Below, piece by piece: positions 28,671 to 37,005 of a stretch of 64,000 bases of DNA. How positions within the stretch are numbered: the first letter of the stretch is position 1; every line of letters starts with the position of its first letter. Below the pieces are notes generated by a model. That model saw only the letters and a list, made by a program, of their open reading frames with translations. It searched no databases and was not told the origin of the DNA. Made by a program: the position numbers and the translations under genes. This stretch comes from Candidatus Paceibacter sp. (lineage in GTDB: Bacteria > Patescibacteriota > Patescibacteriia > S139-126), in assembly GCA_020724865.1 (NCBI GenBank), contig DYGA01000002.1, positions 12,032 through 76,031 on the forward strand. Direction: 5' to 3'.

Positions 28671-29360
28671 ATGACAGAGAAACAATTAAATCATTTAGCA
28701 ATTATTTTGGATGGTAATAGGCGTTGGGCTAAAGCTCGTGGATTACCCAGTTTATTTGGTCATAAAGAAGGAGTTGAGGCAGTCAAACGGACAATAGATG
28801 CTTGTATAAAGTATAAAATTAAATATTTGACGGTGTATGCTTTTTCTACGGAAAATTGGCAACGTTCAGAGGAAGAAGTTGGTTATCTGATGGGACTGGC
28901 TTTAGAGAATATTGGCGGGGGTATAGATTATTTCAACGAACGGGGAGTGAAGTTAAAAATTTTTGGTCGACTTGATAATTTAGAACCAAAATTAGCCAAG
29001 GCCTTCGAAAAAGCAGTTGCTGCTACTGCGACCAATGAGGTATTAAATTTTAATGTTTGTTTCAATTATGGCGGCCGGTCCGAAATTACTCAAGCTATTA
29101 GACAAATAATAAAAACTGGTATTAAAGCAGATGAAGTAACTGAAGAGCTAGTTTCTAATTATTTATATAGTGCTGGCCAACCTGAGCCTGATATGATTGT
29201 TAGAACCAGTGGGGAAGTGAGATTATCCAATTTTTTACCTTGGCAGTCAGTGTATAGTGAATTTTATTTTCCCTCCTATCACTGGCCGGATTTTGATGAG
29301 TCTAAGGTAAAAGAGGTTATTGAAGAATTTAGTCAAAGGCAACGACGGTTTGGAAAATAA
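28671..29360 (+). CDS. uppS: Isoprenyl transferase / undecaprenyl-diphosphate synthase
   Basis: AIILDGNRRWAK...; conserved cis-prenyltransferase core and C-terminal RFG. Confidence 0.9.
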   Translation: MTEKQLNHLAIILDGNRRWAKARGLPSLFGHKEGVEAVKRTIDACIKYKIKYLTVYAFSTENWQRSEEEVGYLMGLALENIGGGIDYFNERGVKLKIFGRLDNLEPKLAKAFEKAVAATATNEVLNFNVCFNYGGRSEITQAIRQIIKTGIKADEVTEELVSNYLYSAGQPEPDMIVRTSGEVRLSNFLPWQSVYSEFYFPSYHWPDFDESKVKEVIEEFSQRQRRFGK

Positions 29361-29460
29361 ATTTTTTAGTTAATAGTGTTAAGTCTATTTCTATTAATAT
29401 AAAAATCTTACTAAAGTTACACTTTTTGGTTTTTTCCCAAATATTCACTATAAATTCATA

Positions 29461-29470
29461 AGTGGTATAA
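29461..29470 (+). promoter_or_regulatory. Extended -10 element (TGgTATAAT) upstream of the secreted-protein gene
   Basis: agtggtataatgg, 30 nt before the ATG at 29500. Confidence 0.45.
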
Positions 29471-29499
29471 TGGAAGTGCTGATTATTAAGTATTAATTT

Positions 29500-30207
29500 A
29501 TGAAAAAAAATAAGTATTTTATTGTAGTAAGTTTGTTTATTTTGGCATTAGTTTTGCTAGCTGGCAATGTTCAAGCCAGAAAAGGAGAAGATGACAACCA
29601 GCCGGTAAATAGTGCCGCTGCCCAAGCACCAGGATTGAAATTGCGCGGTAATGGCAGTGTGGACGATACGCAACCAAATGCTCTTTTATCCACTTCTACA
29701 GGTACTTCAACCGCTACTTCTACAGCAACTACTACGCCGACCACAACTCCACCAGTACAAAATCGCAATCGTGCCTCGATTAATGCTTTGGAACACAGAA
29801 GTGCAGTGGCCAATTTTGTCCAAGGATTATTAAAAGTTGCAGACAGAGAGCCGGGCGGAATTGGTGGACAGGTGAGAGAAGTGGCCAGAGCACAAAGTTC
29901 ATCTACGGAAACAGTAGTGCAGGCCATGGAAAAAGTGCAAACCAGAAGTAAAATAAAAACCTTTTTGTTTGGTTCGGATTATAAAAACTTAGGTAAGTTG
30001 CGCAGTGAAATGGTGCAGACCAGAAACAGATTGGAGCAATTAAATAGATTGCTCAGTGAAGTCACAAATGAAGCAGATAAAACTGAACTGCAAAATCAAA
30101 TCTCAACTTTAGAACAAGAACAGGAAAAGATTCAGACTTTTATTGCCCAAAAAGAACAAGAAGGAAAATATAGTTTGTTTGGCTGGTTGATGAAATTATT
30201 TAATTAG
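29500..30207 (+). CDS. Secreted protein with a Thr/Ala/Pro-rich low-complexity linker and a C-terminal coiled coil
   Basis: Signal peptide. TSTGTSTATSTATTTPTTTPP linker. Heptad-like C-terminus. Confidence 0.55.
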   Translation: MKKNKYFIVVSLFILALVLLAGNVQARKGEDDNQPVNSAAAQAPGLKLRGNGSVDDTQPNALLSTSTGTSTATSTATTTPTTTPPVQNRNRASINALEHRSAVANFVQGLLKVADREPGGIGGQVREVARAQSSSTETVVQAMEKVQTRSKIKTFLFGSDYKNLGKLRSEMVQTRNRLEQLNRLLSEVTNEADKTELQNQISTLEQEQEKIQTFIAQKEQEGKYSLFGWLMKLFN

Positions 30208-30237
30208 GGTTTAGGAACTAGGATACAGGATATAGTA

Positions 30238-30270
30238 AAAACTCCTCGCCTTATGGTTGGGGAGTTTTTT
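30238..30270 (+). terminator. Rho-independent terminator
   Basis: aaaactcc-tcgccttatggttgg-ggagtttttt. Confidence 0.6.
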
Positions 30271-30291
30271 AATTATTAATTATTAATAACT

Positions 30292-30311
30292 CCTGCCTAC
30301 CGGTAGGCAGG
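30292..30311. repeat. Perfect 20-nt GC-rich palindrome cctgcctaccggtaggcagg
   Basis: Read directly. Sister of the palindrome at 32504-32523. Confidence 0.8.
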
Positions 30312-30589
30312 AATGAATTTTAAATTATTTAATTAATAAATTAAGTCATTGATTAGTAATTCGTCATTAGTAATTAGTAATTTATTTTTTTAATAGTTTG
30401 TCAAAAACGCCAGTTTATTTTACTATTAAATCCTGAAATCACCTTGAGTAGGGTACAAGTTTAGAATGATAATAAGATGATAATAATCCTAACTGTCATG
30501 CTGAACTTGTTTCAGCATCTAAAAATAGACCCTGAAACAAGTTCAGGGTGACAAGGGTGAATAAGTTCAGGGTGTCATAATTATATACT

Positions 30590-31213
30590 ATGCAAAAGTG
30601 GTTAGAAAAAATTAGACAAGCTATGGGCAAGCAACCCATGTTTTGGCGTTGGCTGGGAATTTTATTGATATTTTTTGGTTTAGTTATTATTTGGCGGGCA
30701 CAAATGCCAATTAGTAGTCCGACTGATTATGAAAATTATGGAGAACTTAATATTTTACCTTCAGGTGAGGAAATGGATTTAACTCCAGTGGATTTGTCTG
30801 GTATAGATCTGACTAGTAAGAATGGTAATTGGATTGTGATTCCTAAAATGGGAGTGGATAGCGCGATTTTTGAAGGAGGGGAAGAAATGCTCAATCAAGG
30901 TGTGTGGCATTTGCCCAGAACTTCAACACCAGATCAAGGTGGTAATACTGTCTTGTCAGCTCATCGTTGGTTATATAAACCGCCGGATCCCAGGACTTTT
31001 TGGAATATTGACAAAATAGAGGTTGGTGATGAAGTGTATGTTAAATGGCAAGATAAAGAATATACTTATCGGGTAATATCTACTGAAGTGGTGACGCCGG
31101 ATCGGGTGGATATTTTGCGTCCGACTAAAGAACCAATTTTAACTTTTTTTTCTTGCACGCCACTTTATTCAACTTCGCATCGGTTGGTAGTAAAAGCGGA
31201 ACTGGTTGAATAA
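30590..31213 (+). CDS. Sortase-family transpeptidase with an N-terminal TM anchor
   Basis: Catalytic triad context: LSAHR (His), TFFSCTP (the Cys of the TLxTC motif), and a C-terminal Arg (RLVVKAELV). Confidence 0.75.
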   Translation: MQKWLEKIRQAMGKQPMFWRWLGILLIFFGLVIIWRAQMPISSPTDYENYGELNILPSGEEMDLTPVDLSGIDLTSKNGNWIVIPKMGVDSAIFEGGEEMLNQGVWHLPRTSTPDQGGNTVLSAHRWLYKPPDPRTFWNIDKIEVGDEVYVKWQDKEYTYRVISTEVVTPDRVDILRPTKEPILTFFSCTPLYSTSHRLVVKAELVE

Positions 31214-31247
31214 AAAAAAATGTGAAATTAATTTCACATTTTTTTAA
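31212..31247. terminator. Bidirectional terminator (A-run, hairpin, T-run)
   Basis: aaaaaaaaatgtgaaattaatttcacattttttt. Confidence 0.65.
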
Positions 31248-31278
31248 TAAATTTTCTAATTTCTAGTAATTAAACTAA

Positions 31279-31767
31279 TTATTTTAACAGACTCAGGAAC
31301 ATCAAAAAGAAAAAGGCTTGCCAGATTAGTCCGTATTTGAGGGGAATGAGAAAATTTAATTTTCGTTCAAAAAAAGTATGTATGGTTTTGTGAATATTTT
31401 GAAATTTAGCTAGCCAGGGATAGTCTTTGTTGAATTTTCCGTTTAAAACAAAACTTAAGCCAGAAATCAGATCAGGCAAAATCGCTGCTCCTAGACCGAC
31501 AAAAAATAATCCGTAATGAGTAGGAGCAAACATAAGTAGGTAGTAAATAGAAAATAAAAATATTAAAAAACTGTCAATGGTAGCTACCCAAAAAAGTTTT
31601 CGGAATTGAACATTTTTGGGCTGAGTTTTGTCGGTTAGTTTTTCATCGCCATGTGGAATAAAATCAAGTACAAAGTGGGAAAAAAATGACATTAAAAAAA
31701 CGAGCATAGGATTGCCGGTTTGTTGTGATATGACAGTGGCAGCAGCAGTATGCACGATTAAGAACAT
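31279..31767 (-). CDS. Hypothetical membrane protein
   Basis: 162 aa, 4-5 hydrophobic helices. Confidence 0.45.
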   Translation of the reverse strand: MFLIVHTAAATVISQQTGNPMLVFLMSFFSHFVLDFIPHGDEKLTDKTQPKNVQFRKLFWVATIDSFLIFLFSIYYLLMFAPTHYGLFFVGLGAAILPDLISGLSFVLNGKFNKDYPWLAKFQNIHKTIHTFFERKLNFLIPLKYGLIWQAFFFLMFLSLLK

Positions 31768-31854
31768 GGGGAATAATTTATTAATTACTAATTTTTAATT
31801 GCTAATAACTAATTTAATTTTACAATTCTATATCCTAAATTCTAGATTCTACTC

Positions 31855-31931
31855 TGGTGACAGGGGGCGGAGTTGAACCGCCGACCTAGGGGTTATGATT
31901 CCCTCGCTCTAACCAACTGAGCTACCCTGCC
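31855..31931 (-). tRNA. tRNA with anticodon CAU (elongator Met, or Ile if lysidinylated)
   Basis: Manual fold: GGCAGGG acceptor, GCTC/GAGC D-stem, anticodon loop aTCATaa, T-loop TTCAACT, CCA end encoded. Confidence 0.7.
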
Positions 31932-31932
31932 T

Positions 31933-32008
31933 TGGTAGCGGGGGCTGGACTCGAACCAGCGACCTCCAGGTTATGGGCCTGGCGAGCTGCCAACTGCTCT
32001 ACCCCGCG
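31933..32008 (-). tRNA. tRNA-Met (CAU), initiator-like: 5' CGCGGGG...CCCCGCU-A-CCA, very similar to E. coli tRNA-fMet, with an unpaired 1:72 position (C1.U72) and C33
   Basis: Manual fold. 1-nt spacer to the neighbouring tRNA. Confidence 0.65.
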
Positions 32009-32148
32009 TCGATAAATACGCTTAAAGATTATATCTTATTTATCTAAATTTTTCAAGATATTTTTTAATAAACCTTAAAATATTACTTATTTCTTAATAC
32101 TTTATTCTGTTTTACATTAACAGAATTAATCAGGTTAATACAAAAGCA

Positions 32149-32235
32149 TGGTGCCGCGGGAGAGAATCGAACTCTCATGAGCTTGCGCTCACAGGTTTTT
32201 GAGACCTGCGTGTCTACCAATTCCACCACCGCGGC
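32149..32235 (-). tRNA. tRNA-Leu (CAA) with a long variable arm
   Basis: GCCGCGGTGGTGGAATTGGTAGACAC...anticodon loop CTCAAAA...long variable arm...TTCGATT T-loop...CCA. Confidence 0.8.
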
Positions 32236-32242
32236 GTATTTT

Positions 32243-32479
32243 CTATTGTATATTTTTTAAATATTCTTTACCAATTCCTGATTTTAAATATTTCTCTCTT
32301 TTCCGTGCTTGTAACCGTGTGTCATAGGTTTCGTAGATTATCAATTGAAATGGCTTATAAGGCTTTGTCGTTTTATTTAAACCAGTGTTATGTTGATGAA
32401 ACCTTCTTTTTAAATCATTAGTTAATCCTACATATATATAATTTTTGTTTACACTTTTTATGGCGTACACAAAATACAT
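32243..32479 (-). CDS. Stand-alone GIY-YIG nuclease-domain protein (78 aa)
   Basis: YFVYAIKS...YIYVGLTNDLKRRFHQHN... = GIY-YIG core (Y..Y.....YVG...N...R...H) and C-terminal basic helix (RKREKYLK). Confidence 0.75.
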   Translation of the reverse strand: MYFVYAIKSVNKNYIYVGLTNDLKRRFHQHNTGLNKTTKPYKPFQLIIYETYDTRLQARKREKYLKSGIGKEYLKNIQ

Positions 32480-32492
32480 ATTTTTATATTAA

Positions 32493-32538
32493 GTGTCTAC
32501 CAACCTGCCTGCCGGCAGGCAGGTTCCACCACCGCGGC
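32493..32538 (-). other. Duplicated 26-nt 5' segment of tRNA-Leu (acceptor/D-arm) interrupted inside the D-loop by the 20-nt palindrome cctgcctgccggcaggcagg (32504-32523). A decayed second unit lies at ~32584-32615.
   Basis: gtgtctaccaa[cctgcctgccggcaggcagg]ttccaccaccgcggc versus the genuine tRNA gtgtctaccaattccaccaccgcggc at 32210-32235. Confidence 0.7.
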
Positions 32539-32728
32539 ATTTTTATTTTTATTAAAGTAAGTATTAAGTAACCAGTTTGTCAGCAGGTAGGATTCACCAT
32601 TACCGCAAATTTTTATTGCGTATTTATAAAATTAATCAAAAATATTAAATTTGTCAACAAAATCTTTTTGATAAATAAACAAAATATTGTATAATAATAC
32701 TATCTGAATATCATCAGAAAATTATTTT

Positions 32729-33490
32729 ATGGGTAAGATTATAGCACTGGTCAATCAAAAAGGTGGCGTAGGTAAAACCACGACATCAGTAAACCTCGCT
32801 GCTTATTTAGCATTATTTGGTAAAAGAGTTTTGTTGGTTGATATTGATCCTCAAGGCAATGCTTCTTCGGGTTTGGGGATTGTTTTGCGAGAATTTGATG
32901 AACATATTTATCATGCTTTGGTGATACCGGAAAAATTTCCCAAGATTATTAGGAATACCAATATGGATAGTTTGCACGTGGCACCTGCAAACAGCAGCTT
33001 AGCTGGAGCTGCGGTGGAGTTGGTAAATTTTCCCCAACGGGAATATCGATTGCGACAGTTATTAGTTGAAGCTAAAGATAAATACGATTATATAATTATT
33101 GATAGTCCACCTTCACTTGGATTGTTGACCATCAATGGTTTAGTAGCGGCTGATCAAGTGCTGATTCCAGTTCAGGCAGAGTATTATGCTTTAGAAGGAT
33201 TAGGACAACTATTAAAGACTATAAATTTAGTCCAAGCACACTTGCATCCCGAGTTGCAGATTTTGGGAGCAGTTATTACTATGTATGATAGACGCAATCG
33301 TTTATCAGCAGCCGTAATGAATGAGTTGTATCAGTATTTCCCTAAGCGTATTTTTAAATCAGTTATACCACGGAGTGTGAGATTGGCAGAAGCACCATCA
33401 CATGGTATGCCAATTTTACTTTATGATAAAAATTCAACAGGTAGTCGGGCATATCAAGATTTAGCCCAAGAAATATTAAACATCACTTAA
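32729..33490 (+). CDS. parA: ParA/Soj chromosome-partitioning ATPase
   Basis: Deviant Walker A KGGVGKTT; ParA family throughout. Confidence 0.9.
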   Translation: MGKIIALVNQKGGVGKTTTSVNLAAYLALFGKRVLLVDIDPQGNASSGLGIVLREFDEHIYHALVIPEKFPKIIRNTNMDSLHVAPANSSLAGAAVELVNFPQREYRLRQLLVEAKDKYDYIIIDSPPSLGLLTINGLVAADQVLIPVQAEYYALEGLGQLLKTINLVQAHLHPELQILGAVITMYDRRNRLSAAVMNELYQYFPKRIFKSVIPRSVRLAEAPSHGMPILLYDKNSTGSRAYQDLAQEILNIT

Positions 33491-33492
33491 TT

Positions 33493-34407
33493 ATGGCAAA
33501 AAAATTTAGTTTAGGTAGAGGCTTAGGTTCGCTTATTCCTGATGGTAAAAATGAAGAATTTGAGCAACCTATGACTGTTGATGGAATAGATGATTTGGTA
33601 TCAACGCCAATTGAAGTTGATAGTCCTTTAGCTCACCAACAAAAAATTGAATATATTGATCCAAAAAAAATAGTCACTTCACATTATCAACCGCGTCAGT
33701 TATTTGAAAATACTGCTTTGGAAGAATTGGTCAACTCTATCAAAGAGTTTGGTATTTTGGAGCCGTTGATTGTTTCGCCTCTGAGCGGAGGTGCTTATAA
33801 GTTGGTAGCTGGGGAAAGAAGATTACGAGCAGCTAAAATTCTAGGTCTTAAAAGTGTACCGGTTATTATCCGTACTGTTTCCGAACAACAACGATTGGAA
33901 ATATCTTTGATTGAAAATGTACAGAGACGTGATTTAACACCTTTGGAAGAGGCAAACGCATATAAAAAATTGATTGAAGAGTTTAATATTACTCAAGATG
34001 AATTGGCAAAAAAAGTTGGCAAATCCAGATCAAAAATTGCCAACTCTTTACGACTTTTAAATTTACCCGCTGAAGTGCAAGCTTTGCTTGGTAGCGGTCG
34101 TATCACCGAAGGCCATGCAAAAGTTATTTTGGAATTAGCCACGCCGCAGGAACAGATAATTATGGCTAGGCGAGTTGCGGAACAGAATATGTCGGTTAGG
34201 GATGTGGAGAAAAAAGTAGCAATTCGCAAAAGAAAAAACAAACCAGCCGTTGAATTAAATGAAAAGTTGCAAATATTGCAAGACGAATTAAGAAGAATAT
34301 TCAAAACTAAGGTTTACATAAAGCCTAAAAAACAGGGCGGGTTGATTGAGATAGAGTATTATTCTGATGAAGAACTGAACAATTTAATTGACCGATTGGG
34401 GATATAA
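33493..34407 (+). CDS. parB: ParB/Spo0J partition protein
   Basis: ParB box GERRLRAA, HTH, C-terminal dimerisation region. Confidence 0.9.
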   Translation: MAKKFSLGRGLGSLIPDGKNEEFEQPMTVDGIDDLVSTPIEVDSPLAHQQKIEYIDPKKIVTSHYQPRQLFENTALEELVNSIKEFGILEPLIVSPLSGGAYKLVAGERRLRAAKILGLKSVPVIIRTVSEQQRLEISLIENVQRRDLTPLEEANAYKKLIEEFNITQDELAKKVGKSRSKIANSLRLLNLPAEVQALLGSGRITEGHAKVILELATPQEQIIMARRVAEQNMSVRDVEKKVAIRKRKNKPAVELNEKLQILQDELRRIFKTKVYIKPKKQGGLIEIEYYSDEELNNLIDRLGI

Positions 34408-34461
34408 TTGGTTTTAGTATATTAATTGAGTATATAATTTAAATTTAATTTCATTTGTTAG

Positions 34462-35967
34462 CTAAAACGGAGATTTGAGGCGCCAGCGAGATTGTAAATC
34501 TTTATTTAAAGCCTGCCTGATGTGATCTTTTGCGCTTTTGGTTTTGACAATTTTAAGCCAATCTTCATTTGGCTTTTTTCTATTTTTATCAATCATAATT
34601 TCAACCATATCGCCTGAGCGCAATTTGGTGTCCAGAGCTGCTATTTGTTCGTTGATTTTAGCGCCTATACATTTATTACCTAATTCAGAGTGAACATGAT
34701 AAGCAAAATCAATTGGCGTAGCTCCTTCGGGCAATTCTATCACATCTCCTTTGGGGGTAAAAATAAATATACGATCACTAAAAATATCAAGCTTAATTTG
34801 TTGTAAGTATTGTTCAGAGTCTTTGACTTTTTTTTGAATATTTATAAGTTCTTTTATCCATTTTTGTTGTTTTTCAGTTAATTTTATTGCGCCTTTTTCT
34901 TTGTAATGCCAGTGAGCAGCTATACCATACTCGGCTTGATCGTGCATCTCAGGTGTTCTTACTTGAAATTCAACAATTTGTCCTTCAGTGGCAAAAACTG
35001 TGGTGTGAATTGACTGATAACCGTTGGGTTTGGGAGTGGCAATATAATCTTTTATCCTACCTTTAAGTGGGGGCCATATACTATGAATAATTCCAATTGT
35101 GGTGTAGCAGGACTGGATATTGGGAACAATTATACGCAGAGCAATCAGATCATAAATCCGATTGATGTCCCGATCTTTTTGTAAAAGTTTGCGATATAAA
35201 CTGTAAATGCGTTTAGTTCGACCATGTAAGGAGATAAAATTTATACCTTCTTTTTGTAAATTTTCCTCTAAAATTTTTTTTATTTTACTCAAGTTTTTTG
35301 TTTGTCTAGATAAAGGTTCTTGTCGTAGAGACAAAACCCAGTTGTATTCGGCAGGTTGTAAGATAGCAAAAGATAAATCTTCCAGCTGGTGTTTAATTTC
35401 GCCCATACCTAGGCGGTCGGCAATTGGAGCATAGATTTCTAAAGTTTCTAAAGCGATTCTTTTTTGTTTTTCTGCTGGTAAATATTGTATTGTTTGTAAA
35501 TTATGTAAACGATCAGCAAATTTAATAAAAATTACTCTGATATCTTTAGCCATAGCAATAAACATTTTGCGCAGATTTTCTGCATATCTTTCTATGCCTC
35601 GATATTTAAGTCTGCCTAATTTAGTGATGCCATTTACCAGTTTGGCTACTTCTTTGCCAAAATTTTTTTCGATTTCTTGAATGCTAACTGCAGTGTCTTC
35701 TGGTACGTCATGTAAAAGACCGGCTAACAGGGTGGGCATATCAGCTTTCATAGCCGCTAAATTGTAGGTTGTTGCCAAGGGATGACTTATATATGATTCG
35801 CCTGAAAATCTGGTTTGGTCAGCATGAGCTTCAGCCGCAAAATCATAGGCAAGTTTGAGCATAGTAAAATCCTCATCTGGGGGTAGATATTTTTTTGTTT
35901 TTTCTATCAAATCGTCTATGGACATTCTCGTAGTTTGATTTTTTTCTGACGAATTAAAAAAAATCAT
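34462..35967 (-). CDS. rel: Bifunctional (p)ppGpp synthetase/hydrolase, short form (HD + synthetase + TGS; no ACT/RRM C-terminus)
   Basis: HD motif LLHDVPEDT, synthetase RxKD...GYQSIHT, TGS domain; 501 aa. Confidence 0.85.
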   Translation of the reverse strand: MIFFNSSEKNQTTRMSIDDLIEKTKKYLPPDEDFTMLKLAYDFAAEAHADQTRFSGESYISHPLATTYNLAAMKADMPTLLAGLLHDVPEDTAVSIQEIEKNFGKEVAKLVNGITKLGRLKYRGIERYAENLRKMFIAMAKDIRVIFIKFADRLHNLQTIQYLPAEKQKRIALETLEIYAPIADRLGMGEIKHQLEDLSFAILQPAEYNWVLSLRQEPLSRQTKNLSKIKKILEENLQKEGINFISLHGRTKRIYSLYRKLLQKDRDINRIYDLIALRIIVPNIQSCYTTIGIIHSIWPPLKGRIKDYIATPKPNGYQSIHTTVFATEGQIVEFQVRTPEMHDQAEYGIAAHWHYKEKGAIKLTEKQQKWIKELINIQKKVKDSEQYLQQIKLDIFSDRIFIFTPKGDVIELPEGATPIDFAYHVHSELGNKCIGAKINEQIAALDTKLRSGDMVEIMIDKNRKKPNEDWLKIVKTKSAKDHIRQALNKDLQSRWRLKSPF

Positions 35968-36082
35968 AACTTAATTTAGTGGTTATATCATACAATAAAT
36001 TTTAGAAAAAGCAATTATTGACTGGAGATAATTATTTTGTTAAGCTAGCTGGAATTAGTTTATTTACAAAAATGGAGGGAAC

Positions 36083-36682
36083 ATGAAAACTTATTTTGGC
36101 AAACGGTTGTTTGATCTGGTAATGGCATCTGGTTGCTTATTGGTATTATTGCCACTTTTTATAATTATAAGTTGTTTAGTTTTGATATTTGCCGGACGTC
36201 CGATATTTTATCGTCAGGCCCGAAACGGTTTATTTGGGAAAAAATTTTATATTTATAAATTTAGAACAATGTACAACGGAGCTCACGAGCAGATTGAACA
36301 ATTATTAGTTAATACTACCCAACATCGTTATTGTCATCGGTTAAAAGAAGATCCTCGAGTGACCAAAATTGGCAGAATTTTACGTCGATGGAATTTAGAC
36401 GAGTTACCACAATTAGTTAATATCATTCGCGGCGATATGAGTTTCGTTGGTCCAAGACCTGGCGAGGATTATTTTAGTGCAGATTTAAAGTATCGTTATC
36501 AAGTTGATCACTTACGTCCGGGATTGACTGGATATTACCAAATTTTTTCCCATACTACCGATATTAGTGATGTCTCTATTCGTATCAAACTTATAGATAA
36601 ATATTGGCAAGAAATATCATTTTTGACAGATGTTAAAATAATTTTACTAACCTTTAAGGTTATATGGAAACAGAAATTTTAA
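36083..36682 (+). CDS. Polyprenyl-phosphate sugar phosphotransferase (Bac_transf family, WbaP/WcaJ C-terminal-domain type)
   Basis: KFRTM...DELPQL.NI..GDMS.VGPRP signature. Confidence 0.85.
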   Translation: MKTYFGKRLFDLVMASGCLLVLLPLFIIISCLVLIFAGRPIFYRQARNGLFGKKFYIYKFRTMYNGAHEQIEQLLVNTTQHRYCHRLKEDPRVTKIGRILRRWNLDELPQLVNIIRGDMSFVGPRPGEDYFSADLKYRYQVDHLRPGLTGYYQIFSHTTDISDVSIRIKLIDKYWQEISFLTDVKIILLTFKVIWKQKF

Positions 36683-36685
36683 AAA

Positions 36686-36708
36686 GACCCTTGTTGCAGG
36701 GTCTTTTT
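36686..36708. terminator. Bidirectional terminator between the sugar transferase gene and rpmB
   Basis: aaaaagaccc-ttgttgca-gggtctttttt. Confidence 0.65.
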
Positions 36709-36715
36709 TACTAAT

Positions 36716-36949
36716 TTATTTATTAACTAGCTTTCGTAGATCATAAACTTTTCCTTGTTGCCGCCATTTAGCCAGAGTTTTTAGAGCTTGATTTGATAAT
36801 TTAATACGCAGGTATTTGCCCGTGGCTGGATTTAGTAATCTCTTGGTTTGTAAATTGACAGCAAATTTTCTTTTAGTTTTACGGTTGCTGTGAGAAACAT
36901 TGTGGCCGCGTAAATCTCGCTTGCCAGTAATTGCACATTTTTTTGCCAT
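36716..36949 (-). CDS. rpmB: 50S ribosomal protein L28
   Basis: MAKKCAITGKR...NVSHSNRKTKRKF..NLQ. Confidence 0.9.
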   Translation of the reverse strand: MAKKCAITGKRDLRGHNVSHSNRKTKRKFAVNLQTKRLLNPATGKYLRIKLSNQALKTLAKWRQQGKVYDLRKLVNK

Positions 36950-37005
36950 ATAGAATATCTAATTATAAAACAGTTGCTTTAATATACAGTAAAGTTATTT
37001 TATCG

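Noticed and set aside
31212-31247. Possible parS site downstream of the sortase gene and near parAB (tgtgaaattaatttcaca)
   Set aside because: The half-sites are in the wrong orientation relative to the parS consensus TGTTTCACGTGAAACA (GTGAAA precedes TTTCAC with a 4-nt spacer). It fits better as the stem of a bidirectional terminator.
32040-32148. Hairpin aattctgttttacattaacagaatt between the two tRNA groups as a terminator
   Set aside because: No adjacent U-run on either strand; more likely a processing or spacer structure or chance palindrome in AT-rich DNA.
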